NCBI GenBank assembly: GCA_902535975.1
Contig: CACAVP010000003.1
Span: 2,533-66,532, forward strand
Direction: 5' to 3'
Origin: an uncultured Gammaproteobacteria bacterium
GTDB lineage: Bacteria > Pseudomonadota > Gammaproteobacteria > GCA-002705445 > GCA-002716945
DNA length: 64,000 nt
Shown here: positions 20,203 to 30,396 of the stretch, piece after piece
Layout: the number at the start of each line of letters is the position of its first letter
Position numbering within the stretch: the first letter of the stretch is position 1
The notes under the pieces: generated by a model
What the model was told of the DNA's origin: nothing
The model's database searches: none
The model's input: the letters and a program-made list of their open reading frames with translations, nothing else
Made by a program: the position numbers and the translations under genes

Positions 20203-21107
20203 TTATTAATAAGTTAAAAAAGCTGAAGCCCTTTCATATAATTGGCATTGTAATACTTTTAGGGCTTTTATATGGCTCAGTTAATCTCTACAACAAAATA
20301 CAGTTCTTTAAATCATTTGCAAATCAGACTAGGATCACATCTGTAGTTGCTCAAAAAGCTGTAATTAGCTCGATAAATAAAATTTATCCCGCAACATCCG
20401 TGATAGAGTCAAATCAATCTTATGAAGTCATATCAAAAACAGAAGGTATATTAAATGATATTTACTTTAATGAGTCCTCATTTGTAAAAAAAGGAGATAG
20501 ACTCTTTTCTATTTTCTCTACAAGCTCTGTCGGTGAAATGGTTTTATCTGCACCTTTTGATGGTTACGTTGGTATTACTGATTACAAAGTTGGTGATAAA
20601 CTTAAAAATGGCGATTTACTTTTGACCTTAGATGATATGAGTACAATGAGAGCTTATCTGTATTTACCAGAAAAATTACTTCCTCAAATTAAAGGGCCAA
20701 TAAAATATACTGCATACTCTAAGTTATTTCCTGGTAAGTCTTACTCCGGAGAAATTACAAATATTAACCAAAGGGTTGACAGAGAGACAAGAACACTGAA
20801 GTCTTACGCCTTAATAAATAATAGTGATGGTTCTCTCAGACCAGGCATACTAATGAATGTTGATATAATTTTAGAGGAGATTGACTCAGCTATACTTGTT
20901 CCAGAGCAATCGATCTTAACGTCTAAGGATTTTAGTTATGTTTTTGTCATTGAGAATGATCAAGCTAAACTTAGAAAAATCATTAAAGGTATAAGTACTG
21001 ATGGGCAAACTCAGATATTGGAGGGTGTGAGTTCTGATGATCTAGTGGTTACGCTCGGCCATGAGAAATTAAAAGATGGTTCTAAAATTAAATTAATTGA
21101 TAAATAA
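20199..21107 (+). CDS. RND efflux periplasmic adaptor (membrane fusion protein)
   Basis: 302 aa with an N-terminal TM anchor and a lipoyl/beta-barrel-like pattern. Its last stop-codon base is the A of the RND pump start codon. Confidence 0.8.
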   Translation: MIINKLKKLKPFHIIGIVILLGLLYGSVNLYNKIQFFKSFANQTRITSVVAQKAVISSINKIYPATSVIESNQSYEVISKTEGILNDIYFNESSFVKKGDRLFSIFSTSSVGEMVLSAPFDGYVGITDYKVGDKLKNGDLLLTLDDMSTMRAYLYLPEKLLPQIKGPIKYTAYSKLFPGKSYSGEITNINQRVDRETRTLKSYALINNSDGSLRPGILMNVDIILEEIDSAILVPEQSILTSKDFSYVFVIENDQAKLRKIIKGISTDGQTQILEGVSSDDLVVTLGHEKLKDGSKIKLIDK

Positions 21108-24100
21108 TGCATATATCTGAAACTACTGTAAAAAGACCTGTACTCGCAGCTGTTCTAAGTTTATTTGTGATCCTCATAGGTTTAGCGTCATATGATAAGC
21201 TGACCATACGTGAATATCCTGATATTGATAGACCAGTTGTAACTGTAACGACTGTATACTTGGGAGCTTCCTCTAAAATCTTAGAAAGAGATGTAACAGA
21301 AATAATTGAAGATTCTTTGTCGGGAATCTCAGGAATAAGAGAAATTACATCTGAAAGCAGGGATGAATTATCAAAAATAAGAATAGAATTCACATTAGAA
21401 ACAGACCTAGATACGGCAGCAAATGATGTAAGAGATAAAGTCTCAAGAGTAGCTGCTTTATTGCCCGCAGACGCCGAATCTCCAAGAATTGCAAAATCTG
21501 ATTCTGATGCTAGAGCGATAATGTGGATTGGCTTTTCTAGTGATATTCTGACCTCAATTCAGCTGAATGATTATCTTGATAGAAATGTCGTGGATAGACT
21601 ATCAATTCAGCCGGGAGTTGCATCAATTACGATTGGTGGAGAGAGAAAATATTCTGTCAGAGTCTGGATGAATCCCGAGCAAATATCTTCGAGAGGCTTA
21701 ACGATTATCGATGTGATACAAGCTATTAAAAATGAGAATATTGAGCGGGGCGCCGGAAGGTTTGAATCTACTGATAGAGAGATAGGTTTGAAATTAGATT
21801 CAAAATTAAAAACTCTTAATGAGTATAACAAGATTGTTATTAAGCATTATGGTGACTCCAAAGTATATCTTTCTGATGTAGCGAAAATCGAAATAGGACC
21901 AGAGTCTGATCGGGGATTTCTCAGAGCTAATAATAAAAGCGCTATAGGATTAGGCATTGTCAGACAAACTAAGTCAAACGTACTTGATGTTGCTAATAAT
22001 ATAAAAGCTGAACTAGATTTAATTAGACCATCATTACCAGAAAGTATAAATATGACTATTGGCTATGATCAATCAAAATTTGTAAATGAGTCTATCAGTG
22101 AGATAAGGTTTGCTCTTACTGTTTCAATGATTCTTGTTATTTTAATTATTTATTATTTTTTGTCATCTAAAACAGCCACTATCATACCCGCGGTTACTAT
22201 TCCAATATCTATTATTGGAACATTTTTTATAATTTATATATTCGGGTACTCTCTGAATGTACTGACATTCCTAGCATTAGTATTAGCTATTGGCCTCATC
22301 GTTGATGACTCTATAGTTGTTGTGGAAAACATTAAAAGGAGAATAGAGAATGGAGAGGATAACTACACTGCATCTATTAATGGTGCTAAACAAATTACTT
22401 TTGTAGTAATAGCTACCACTCTTGTTCTGGTCAGTGTTTTTCTACCTTTATCTTTCATGGGAGGTAAGACTGGAAGATTATTTATCGAGTTTGGTGTGGT
22501 ATTATCTTTTGCTGTAATAATTTCGAGTTTTGTAGCTCTTACACTTACACCAATGATGTGTTCTAAAATCCTCGAGAAAAATCAGAAACACGAACAAAGA
22601 GAGTTATTTTTTAAATTCAAACAATTTTACGAATCATCCCTTCTTGCTTCTCAAAACAATACAAAGATAGTCTATAGTGTTACGATCATTTTTATAATAA
22701 TTTCATTCCTTTTGTTCAAATTTATACCAAAAGAACTAGCACCATCAGAGGATAGGGGAATATTCATTGTATCAGTTAACGGTCCAGAAGGCTCTTCACT
22801 AGATTATACGAATGGAATGGTGAAAAAAGTTGAAGATATATTATCTGATTATGTAGATAAAGGAGAAATAAAGACGGTTTTTGCAATTGTTGCCCCCGGC
22901 TTCTCTGGTGAGCCCGGTAATGTTAACTCAGCATTCATTTTTGCATCTCTAGTGCCCTGGGAAGACAGGTCAAGACATCAAAAGGATATAGTTCGTGAAA
23001 TTTTTCCTAAATTAATATCAATGCCAGGTGCCATGATATTTACTATTAATCCTCCTAGTCTTGGGCAAAGCCCATTCAAATCACCCGTAAGACTAGTCAT
23101 TAGTGGAACTGATTATGATCAAGTTGGAGAGTGGGGAGAGACTATCAAGAATATCTCTCAAGATGTAGGGCTTAGAAACGCTAGGATAGATTACAAAGTA
23201 GATAAACCAAGGCTTAATCTCAAGGTTGACAGAGATGCTGCTTCAAATCTGGGTGTTTCTGCTGATGATATTGCAACATCACTAGATGCGTTATATGGCT
23301 CAAGGAAAGTGACCAACTATTCATTAGATGGAATAACTTACAATGTAATTTTGAAGGCTGACGAGGACTATCTCGTTGACGAATCTAATCTTGATAATAT
23401 TTTTATCAAATCTAGCGCTACACAAAAGCTCATACCTCTGAGCAATCTGGTTAACAATAATCTTGAGGCTACCAGCAAAAGTCTAAAGAGAGTCAACAGG
23501 CTGCCATCAGTTACATTGTCTTCCTCAATTTCACCAGGTTCATCACTCGGAGACACTTTAAATAATCTCATCAACGAATCTAGTAAGGTGCTACCATCAA
23601 ATGCAAAAATATCTTTTGCAGGTGCATCTAAAGAGTATTTTGAGACTGGTTACAAGCTGGAGTTAACAATTCTAATGGCAATCTTGGTTGTCTATTTAGT
23701 ACTATCTGCACAATTTGAAAGTTTTAGAAATCCTTTAATTATAATTTTAACAGTTCCTATTACTATGACTGCCGGCATCTATTCCCTTTTTGTAACCGGG
23801 ACGTCGTTAAACGTTTACAGTCAAATAGGTTTCTTAATGCTAATTGGATTGATAGCAAAGAATGGCATACTTGTAGTTGAATTCGCAAATCAGTTAATTG
23901 AGGATGGTATGAAAAAATCTCAGGCTATTATTGAATCATCACTCATAAGATTCAGGCCTGTTATTATGACAACACTATCAACACTGCTCGGTGCAATACC
24001 ATTGATCTTGAGCACGGGAGCAGGAGCTGAGAGTCGCTTTGCAATGTCTGTAGTTGTTTTCGGAGGCATTGCATTAGCATCTTTTATTACTCTATATTTA

Positions 24101-24139
24101 ATTCCAGCGTTGTATCTGTTAATTGAAAAGGACGATTAA
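21107..24139 (+). CDS. RND family efflux transporter permease (AcrB/HAE1-like)
   Basis: 1010 aa with 12-TM architecture and two large periplasmic loops. The N-terminus (RPVLAAVLSL) and the VVENI motif are typical of the family. Confidence 0.92.
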   Translation: MHISETTVKRPVLAAVLSLFVILIGLASYDKLTIREYPDIDRPVVTVTTVYLGASSKILERDVTEIIEDSLSGISGIREITSESRDELSKIRIEFTLETDLDTAANDVRDKVSRVAALLPADAESPRIAKSDSDARAIMWIGFSSDILTSIQLNDYLDRNVVDRLSIQPGVASITIGGERKYSVRVWMNPEQISSRGLTIIDVIQAIKNENIERGAGRFESTDREIGLKLDSKLKTLNEYNKIVIKHYGDSKVYLSDVAKIEIGPESDRGFLRANNKSAIGLGIVRQTKSNVLDVANNIKAELDLIRPSLPESINMTIGYDQSKFVNESISEIRFALTVSMILVILIIYYFLSSKTATIIPAVTIPISIIGTFFIIYIFGYSLNVLTFLALVLAIGLIVDDSIVVVENIKRRIENGEDNYTASINGAKQITFVVIATTLVLVSVFLPLSFMGGKTGRLFIEFGVVLSFAVIISSFVALTLTPMMCSKILEKNQKHEQRELFFKFKQFYESSLLASQNNTKIVYSVTIIFIIISFLLFKFIPKELAPSEDRGIFIVSVNGPEGSSLDYTNGMVKKVEDILSDYVDKGEIKTVFAIVAPGFSGEPGNVNSAFIFASLVPWEDRSRHQKDIVREIFPKLISMPGAMIFTINPPSLGQSPFKSPVRLVISGTDYDQVGEWGETIKNISQDVGLRNARIDYKVDKPRLNLKVDRDAASNLGVSADDIATSLDALYGSRKVTNYSLDGITYNVILKADEDYLVDESNLDNIFIKSSATQKLIPLSNLVNNNLEATSKSLKRVNRLPSVTLSSSISPGSSLGDTLNNLINESSKVLPSNAKISFAGASKEYFETGYKLELTILMAILVVYLVLSAQFESFRNPLIIILTVPITMTAGIYSLFVTGTSLNVYSQIGFLMLIGLIAKNGILVVEFANQLIEDGMKKSQAIIESSLIRFRPVIMTTLSTLLGAIPLILSTGAGAESRFAMSVVVFGGIALASFITLYLIPALYLLIEKDD

Positions 24140-24462
24140 TTTTTAGGGATTATCTTTAAACCTTTCTGTTTAGAGTAATATGTTGATAAATCAATTATAT
24201 CTTGTTCTGATAGACCAGCTGCAAAACCACTCATTATTGCATTTTGTCTCTCACCACTTTTATATGCATTCAATGAATGAATAAGGTAATTTTTATATTG
24301 ACCAGCTAACCTTGGGTACAATTTATTTTCACTATTTCCATCACCACCATGACATGCGGAGCATGTAACAGATTTTTCTTTACCACGGTCATAGCTAGAA
24401 TCAGCAATGACTTGATTACTAAAGATAAAAGTTAAACATATGATAAAAAAGTATTTACTCAT
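24136..24462 (-). CDS. Monoheme class I c-type cytochrome (c4-half / c553-like)
   Basis: 108 aa with a signal peptide, a single CSACH haem site and a distal Met (AIMSG). Confidence 0.8.
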   Translation of the reverse strand: MSKYFFIICLTFIFSNQVIADSSYDRGKEKSVTCSACHGGDGNSENKLYPRLAGQYKNYLIHSLNAYKSGERQNAIMSGFAAGLSEQDIIDLSTYYSKQKGLKIIPKN

Positions 24463-24764
24463 TTCACTGATTCAAAATAGTTTGCTATATCAATGATATC
24501 CTGGTCAGATAATCCTGATGCATTTGCATGCATGGTGCCATGTTTTCTTTCTCCCTTTTGGTATGCTTTGAGCGCTGAGATTATATAGTCAGCATGTTGG
24601 CCCCCTAATTTTGGTACCTTGTAGGTAGGATATGTGTTGTTGTAACCCTCAATAGCATGACAACCAAGACATGTCTCTGATTTTTCTCTTCCTGTATATT
24701 CATCAGCGTGTGAAATCGAAACGGATATGGCTAATATAGCAATGCTTTTGAGTATAGCTTTCAT
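24459..24764 (-). CDS. Monoheme class I c-type cytochrome (c4-half / c553-like)
   Basis: 101 aa with a signal peptide, a single CLGCH haem site and a distal Met (GTMHA). It is a paralogue of the downstream gene and overlaps it by 4 nt. Confidence 0.8.
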   Translation of the reverse strand: MKAILKSIAILAISVSISHADEYTGREKSETCLGCHAIEGYNNTYPTYKVPKLGGQHADYIISALKAYQKGERKHGTMHANASGLSDQDIIDIANYFESVK

Positions 24765-24861
24765 AAAATTTGTGGCATTATAGCATTAAATTTAAAAGAG
24801 ATAAAATAAGATTTTTTTTGTATAATAATTTAGAACTCAAAATTAACTTAACTCAATAACA

Positions 24862-25074
24862 ATGCCAATATACGAATATAAATGTGAAGATTGCGATAAA
24901 GTTTTCGAAGTTATACAAAAAATCTCGGAAAAAAAGCTTACTAAATGTAAGTGTAGTAAAAATGGCACTGTTCATCGAATGGTATCGTCGTCTGGTTTTA
25001 GGCTAAAAGGGTCCGGTTGGTATGAAACTGATTTTAAAACAAAAAAATCTGATACAAAAAAAACGGAAACATAA
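24862..25074 (+). CDS. FmdB-family zinc-ribbon protein
   Basis: 70 aa, starting with the hallmark MPIYEYKCEDC and carrying a second Cys pair. Confidence 0.8.
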   Translation: MPIYEYKCEDCDKVFEVIQKISEKKLTKCKCSKNGTVHRMVSSSGFRLKGSGWYETDFKTKKSDTKKTET

Positions 25075-25077
25075 ACT

Positions 25078-26838
25078 ATGCAAAGATCTTATTGTGGTCT
25101 TATTGATCTCAAATCAGTTGAAGAAAATCTTGTAATAAAAGGTTGGGTCAATACTCGCAGAGACCATGGTGGAGTTATATTTATCGATTTAAGAGATCAC
25201 ACTGGACTAGTACAAGTAGTTTTCAATCCAGAAGAGAGGGAAATATTCGAAGCTGCGCAAGCTATACGTTCCGAATATGTGCTTGAGGTATGCGGCATAG
25301 TAAAAAAGAGACTAGATGGTACGGATAATCCTGAAATGTCTACCGGCAAGATTGAAATTGTTGCCAAGGACTTAACAATACTCAATACATCTAAAACCAC
25401 ACCCTTTAAAGTCAATGATGAGGCCACTAATGAAGACTTGAGATTACAATATAGGTATATCGACTTGAGAAGCACATACATGCAGGATAATTTAAGATTT
25501 AGATCAAAACTTTTTAGTACGATCAGAAATCATCTAAGTGACATGGAGTTTAATGAAATCGAAACACCTATTCTTACAAAACCCACACCTGAAGGGGCGA
25601 GAGATTATATTGTTCCAAGTAGAGTTCATAAAGGCAGTTTCTTTGCATTACCACAGTCACCACAACTATTTAAACAAATGCTAATGATGTCTGGATTAGA
25701 TAAATATTATCAAATAGCAAAATGTTTTCGCGATGAAGATTTGAGGGCAGATCGTCAGCCTGAATTTACACAGCTTGATATAGAGTGTTCATTTTATAAT
25801 GAAGAAGATATTATGCATTTATCTGAGTCATTGATGCAAAAGATATTTACGGAATTGATTGATAAGGATGTAACTTTAAAGTTTCCAAAAATTAGTTATA
25901 AGGAATCCATGGAACGATATGGTTGTGATAAACCCGACTTAAGAAATCCACTTCATCTAGTTGATATATCAGACTATCTTGTCAATACAGATTTCAAAGT
26001 ATTCAAAGATTGTGTGAATAATTCAAATAAGCGTATTGTTGCACTTAATATTCCAGATGGCTCTAAATTAACTAGAAAGAATATTGATGACTACACTGAC
26101 CTTGTTAAGACATTCGGAGCTAAAGGTTTAGCTTATTTTAAAGTTGAGGACTCAAATAACACTGATACAGGGATTAGCTCGCCAATCAAAAAGTTTTTAA
26201 GTTCTAAAGAAATAGATGCGATTATTAAATCCGTTCAACCATCTAGTGGCGACCTGATCTTTTTTTCCGCAGATACAGCAGATATTGTTAATAGCTCAAT
26301 GTCAGCTTTGATCTCAAAAGTTGGTTCTGATTTGAGTCTATTAAAAAGTGGTTTTGAGTTTGCATGGATTATCGATTATCCGATGTTTGAATATGAAAAG
26401 GGGACTACAAACTTAACTTCTCTTCATCATCCATTTACATCCCCGGTCTCAAATGATCAAGATTTTAATGATCAGACGCTCTCACGTGCGTATGATCTTA
26501 CACTTAATGGTAATGAAATTGGGGGTGGTTCAGTGCGTATTCATGAGAAGTCAGAACAACTCAAAGTTTTTCATGCACTTAAGCTTACTGATAGTGAGAT
26601 AGAGAGTAAATTCGGTTTTTTTCTTAAGTCTTTGGAATACGGGTGTCCACCTCATGCAGGTATTGCCTTTGGCTTGGATAGAATAGTTATGTTATTAAGA
26701 GGCTTAAGCTCTATTAGAGATACCATTGCTTTTCCTAAGACACAATCTTCATCATGCCTTCTAACGGAAGCACCAACTGAAATAGATTTAGAGCAACTAA
26801 AAGAACTTGCAATAAAAACGAATAAGCCAAAGACATGA
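25078..26838 (+). CDS. aspS: Aspartate--tRNA ligase
   Basis: 586-aa class IIb synthetase (FRDEDLRADRQPEFTQLD, GGGSVRIH, GLDRIVM). Confidence 0.95.
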   Translation: MQRSYCGLIDLKSVEENLVIKGWVNTRRDHGGVIFIDLRDHTGLVQVVFNPEEREIFEAAQAIRSEYVLEVCGIVKKRLDGTDNPEMSTGKIEIVAKDLTILNTSKTTPFKVNDEATNEDLRLQYRYIDLRSTYMQDNLRFRSKLFSTIRNHLSDMEFNEIETPILTKPTPEGARDYIVPSRVHKGSFFALPQSPQLFKQMLMMSGLDKYYQIAKCFRDEDLRADRQPEFTQLDIECSFYNEEDIMHLSESLMQKIFTELIDKDVTLKFPKISYKESMERYGCDKPDLRNPLHLVDISDYLVNTDFKVFKDCVNNSNKRIVALNIPDGSKLTRKNIDDYTDLVKTFGAKGLAYFKVEDSNNTDTGISSPIKKFLSSKEIDAIIKSVQPSSGDLIFFSADTADIVNSSMSALISKVGSDLSLLKSGFEFAWIIDYPMFEYEKGTTNLTSLHHPFTSPVSNDQDFNDQTLSRAYDLTLNGNEIGGGSVRIHEKSEQLKVFHALKLTDSEIESKFGFFLKSLEYGCPPHAGIAFGLDRIVMLLRGLSSIRDTIAFPKTQSSSCLLTEAPTEIDLEQLKELAIKTNKPKT

Positions 26839-27827
26839 ATGAAAGTAACTATAAAAAAAGATTAGAAGAAGTTAAAAAATTTCTTGATGTCAATGATGCC
26901 AAGCTCATATCACACTATTATGTAGATAGTGAAATTCAGAGGCTTACAGAAGATACTGGAGGATGTGTGGCGGACTCACTTCAAATGGCTAAATTTGGTA
27001 CCGAGCAAACAGAGAAAAATCTAATCATTGCAGGTGTTAGGTTCATGGGTGAGACAGCAAAAATACTTAATCCAGAAAAAAAAATATACGTCTTAGATAA
27101 AGATGCTACTTGTTCTCTTGATGACAGTTGTGGTGTAGATGATTTTAAAAACTTTTGTGATAAATACCCTGATCGGGATATTGTTGTATACGCTAATACA
27201 AGTGCTGAGGTAAAAGCTATGTCTGATTGGGTAGTTACATCAAGTATAGCGATTCCACTCGTTGAAAATTTAGCAAGTCGTGGTAAGAAAATCATTTGGG
27301 CACCTGATAAATACCTAGGATCCTATATCCAAGATCAAACAGGAGTAGACATGATTATGTGGGATGGTGCGTGTATAGTTCATGAAGAATACAAGACTAT
27401 AGAGCTTAAAAAACTCATTCAAGAGTTAGGAGACTGTGAAGTTTTAGTTCATCCTGAATCACCAAGGAGTATAATACAGCTCGCAGACGTTGTTGGGTCA
27501 ACAACAAAGTTAATAAATGCATCTAAAATTAGCAAATCAAAAAATATTATAGTAGCTACCGAAAAAGGAATTTTCTATCAAATGAAAAAATTATCTCCTG
27601 AAAAAAATTTTTTTGAGGCTCCTACTGAAGGAGAAGGCGCAACATGTAAGAGTTGTGGCAGGTGCCCATGGATGCACCTCAATACATTTGATAAACTCAT
27701 GAACGTAATTAACCAAAATAATGAGATACGTCTTGATGAGAAAACAGTGTCACATGCGAAAAAATCAATCAATAGAATGATCGAGTTTGAGGATAAGTAT
27801 TATCAAAAAAATAAGAGGGCATCATAA
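26835..27827 (+). CDS. nadA: Quinolinate synthase
   Basis: 330 aa with the NadA pattern (VRFMGETAKIL, VHPE, C-terminal CxxC...). Confidence 0.9.
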   Translation: MNESNYKKRLEEVKKFLDVNDAKLISHYYVDSEIQRLTEDTGGCVADSLQMAKFGTEQTEKNLIIAGVRFMGETAKILNPEKKIYVLDKDATCSLDDSCGVDDFKNFCDKYPDRDIVVYANTSAEVKAMSDWVVTSSIAIPLVENLASRGKKIIWAPDKYLGSYIQDQTGVDMIMWDGACIVHEEYKTIELKKLIQELGDCEVLVHPESPRSIIQLADVVGSTTKLINASKISKSKNIIVATEKGIFYQMKKLSPEKNFFEAPTEGEGATCKSCGRCPWMHLNTFDKLMNVINQNNEIRLDEKTVSHAKKSINRMIEFEDKYYQKNKRAS

Positions 27828-28540
27828 TGGCTGGTCATAGTAAATGGGCTAATATTCAACACCGAAAAAAAGCACAAGACAACAAAAGAGGAAAAGTTTT
27901 TACAAAGATAATTAGAGAGATTACCGTTGCTGTAAAACTTGCTGGCCCTGATATTAGTAGTAATTCAAGATTGAGACTTGCTATGACGAAGGCTAATAAG
28001 AACAGTGTGCCCAAAGATACAATTGAGAGGGCTATTAAAAAGGGCTCAGGACAGAGCGATAGTTCTTTCGAGGAAATAACATATGAGGGATATGGCCCAA
28101 AAGGAATAGCAGTCATTATCGAATGTCTAACGGATAATAAAAATCGCACTGTCTCTGAAGTCAGGCATGCTCTAACTAAATATAACGGTAGCCTTGGCAC
28201 CAAAGGGTCAGTCTCTCACTTATTCAAAAAAGTTGGGATTCTTACAGTTATTGACACAACAGAAGATGATCTAATAAATCTAATTGACGATGTGGAAATC
28301 CTAGATTATGAGCAAAACGGCAATGACTGTATTATTAATACTGAACCTACAAATTTATTTACAGTTAAAACCTTCTTTGAGTCTAAATCTATCAAAACTA
28401 AAGATGAGGAATTGATACTCGAACCAACAACAATGTGTGATATTGGTGAAAGCGACTTAGAGCAGGTTGAAATGTTTACAGATAATTTAGAGGATTTAGA
28501 TGATGTTCAGAATATATATACGAACATTAATATAATATAA
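27827..28540 (+). CDS. yebC: YebC/PmpR family DNA-binding transcriptional regulator
   Basis: 237 aa with the N-terminus MAGHSKWANIQHRK, upstream of ruvC as in many bacteria. Confidence 0.92.
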   Translation: MAGHSKWANIQHRKKAQDNKRGKVFTKIIREITVAVKLAGPDISSNSRLRLAMTKANKNSVPKDTIERAIKKGSGQSDSSFEEITYEGYGPKGIAVIIECLTDNKNRTVSEVRHALTKYNGSLGTKGSVSHLFKKVGILTVIDTTEDDLINLIDDVEILDYEQNGNDCIINTEPTNLFTVKTFFESKSIKTKDEELILEPTTMCDIGESDLEQVEMFTDNLEDLDDVQNIYTNINII

Positions 28541-28547
28541 AATAGTA

Positions 28548-29045
28548 ATGACAGTCATATTGGGAATTGATCCAGGAACAAACATCACAGGATACGGTAT
28601 TATTAAGTTAGACGAGTCTAAGCCTACCTATTTACATCATGAGATACTCAAAACTGGACTTAAAAATATGTACACACTTAAGTTATCATTGATTTACGAT
28701 AATACCAAAAGATTAATAGAACAATATAAACCAGATGACATTGCATTAGAGTCTGTCTTTTTTAGTGTCAATGCAGGCACGGCTATAAAATTAGGTCAAG
28801 CACGGGGAGCAGCGCTGTCTGCATGCAGCGGAGAGCATAGAAACATTTACGAGTACAGCCCGAGAAGAGTCAAAATGGTCATTACTGGCAACGGAGCCGC
28901 AGATAAGATGGAGGTCCAAAAGTTCGTCAAGAGAAAACTAAGATTAAGAAGGAAACTTGAAGAAGACGCCTCTGATGCTCTAGGAGTTGCACTGTGTCAT
29001 GGAGTAACATCAACTGATACTCCAGATGATATTAAACCAATATAG
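28548..29045 (+). CDS. ruvC: Holliday junction resolvase RuvC
   Basis: 165 aa (ILGIDPGTNITGYG, acidic catalytic residues). No ruvAB follows it. Confidence 0.9.
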   Translation: MTVILGIDPGTNITGYGIIKLDESKPTYLHHEILKTGLKNMYTLKLSLIYDNTKRLIEQYKPDDIALESVFFSVNAGTAIKLGQARGAALSACSGEHRNIYEYSPRRVKMVITGNGAADKMEVQKFVKRKLRLRRKLEEDASDALGVALCHGVTSTDTPDDIKPI

Positions 29046-29054
29046 TTATTTAGA

Positions 29055-29696
29055 ATGGATACACTCATAATTAACGAAATTTTTTATTCCATACAAGGAG
29101 AGACTTCTCGTTCAGGGTTTCCTACAACTTTCGTCAGACTCACAGGATGTCCACTTAGATGTTCATATTGTGACACTGAATATGCATTTAAAAATGGATC
29201 AAAAATGTCATTCAATGAAATAGGTTCTGCGATAAAAAAAAATGACTCTAAGTATATCACTGTGACTGGAGGAGAACCACTCGCTCAGAAGGATGTAATC
29301 CCATTCTTGAAATATTTATGTGATATGAATTATTCTGTGTCTATTGAGACAAGCAATGCATTTGATATTTCTGCTATTGATTCAAGGGTGTCAGTTATCT
29401 TAGATGTTAAAACTCCTGCCTCTCTTGAATCAGATAAAAATTTGATATCAAATTACAAAAAACTCAAACCTATTGATGAGATTAAATTTGTTATCTGTAA
29501 TCTAGATGACTTTAATTGGGCAAGAGATTATATATCATTACATAATCTTGATATTCTCTGTCCAATTTTATTTTCTCCATCATATGATGATATGCCAATA
29601 TCTGAACTTGCAGATCTTATCCTTAAATATTCTGTGAATGTCAGACTTCAAGCACAACTTCATAAAACTATTTGGGGACCAGTTAATGGAAAATAA
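29055..29696 (+). CDS. queE: 7-carboxy-7-deazaguanine synthase (radical SAM)
   Basis: 213 aa with FVRLTGCPLRCSYCDT (Cx3Cx2C-type cluster). Confidence 0.88.
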   Translation: MDTLIINEIFYSIQGETSRSGFPTTFVRLTGCPLRCSYCDTEYAFKNGSKMSFNEIGSAIKKNDSKYITVTGGEPLAQKDVIPFLKYLCDMNYSVSIETSNAFDISAIDSRVSVILDVKTPASLESDKNLISNYKKLKPIDEIKFVICNLDDFNWARDYISLHNLDILCPILFSPSYDDMPISELADLILKYSVNVRLQAQLHKTIWGPVNGK

Positions 29697-30360
29697 AAAA
29701 GCTCTGATATTATTCTCCGGAGGACTAGACTCTACGACTGTTCTTCATCATGCTCTATCCAAAGGTTATGATTGTACAGCTCTCACCATTGATTACAATC
29801 AAAGACATATTTATGAGGTCAAGTCTAGTCAAGAATATCTTAAAAAAGAAAACATAGATGGCTTAATTTTTAAAATAGATCTATCTCAAATAGGTGGTTC
29901 AGCATTAACTGACAATGAGGTCGAGGTGCCTATAGAATCTCAGCCTGGAATCCCAATAACATATGTTCCTGCTAGGAACACGATTTTTTTATCTATAGCA
30001 TCAGCTTATGCAGAGAAACTATCAATCACTGAGATCTTTATTGGTGTTAATCAAATAGATTATTCAGGTTATCCTGATTGCAGACCTGAGTTTGTAGATA
30101 GTATTCAAAATACTATTAATCTTGGCACTAAAGTTGGCGTAACAGGCGGTTCAATCTTAATAAATGCACCGCTTATAAATATGGCAAAGGGAGAAATTAT
30201 TCGTTACGGGATGGAATTGGGTATTGATTACTCCAGAACCGTGTCTTGCTATCAAGCGGACAGTGAGGGAAGAGCATGCGGGAAATGCGACTCGTGCAAA
30301 TTCCGAAAAGAAGGTTTTAAATTAGCAGGCATAAAGGACCCAACTAGATATAAAAATTGA
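29686..30360 (+). CDS. queC: 7-cyano-7-deazaguanine synthase
   Basis: Contains the PP-loop FSGGLDS and the C-terminal zinc Cys cluster CGKCDSC. I prefer the start at 29686 (MENKKAL) to the track start at 29638, which lies inside queE. Confidence 0.9.
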   Translation: MENKKALILFSGGLDSTTVLHHALSKGYDCTALTIDYNQRHIYEVKSSQEYLKKENIDGLIFKIDLSQIGGSALTDNEVEVPIESQPGIPITYVPARNTIFLSIASAYAEKLSITEIFIGVNQIDYSGYPDCRPEFVDSIQNTINLGTKVGVTGGSILINAPLINMAKGEIIRYGMELGIDYSRTVSCYQADSEGRACGKCDSCKFRKEGFKLAGIKDPTRYKN

Positions 30361-30396
30361 AAATTTATTAAAAATATATAAACTGTGATTTTGTAT

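Noticed and set aside
24821-24826. TATAAT preceded by TTG upstream of the fmdB-like gene, considered as an extended -10 promoter
   Set aside because: The TG is directly adjacent to the hexamer rather than at -15/-14, no plausible -35 is present, and the box lies 35 nt from the ATG. This is not distinguishable from the AT-rich background.
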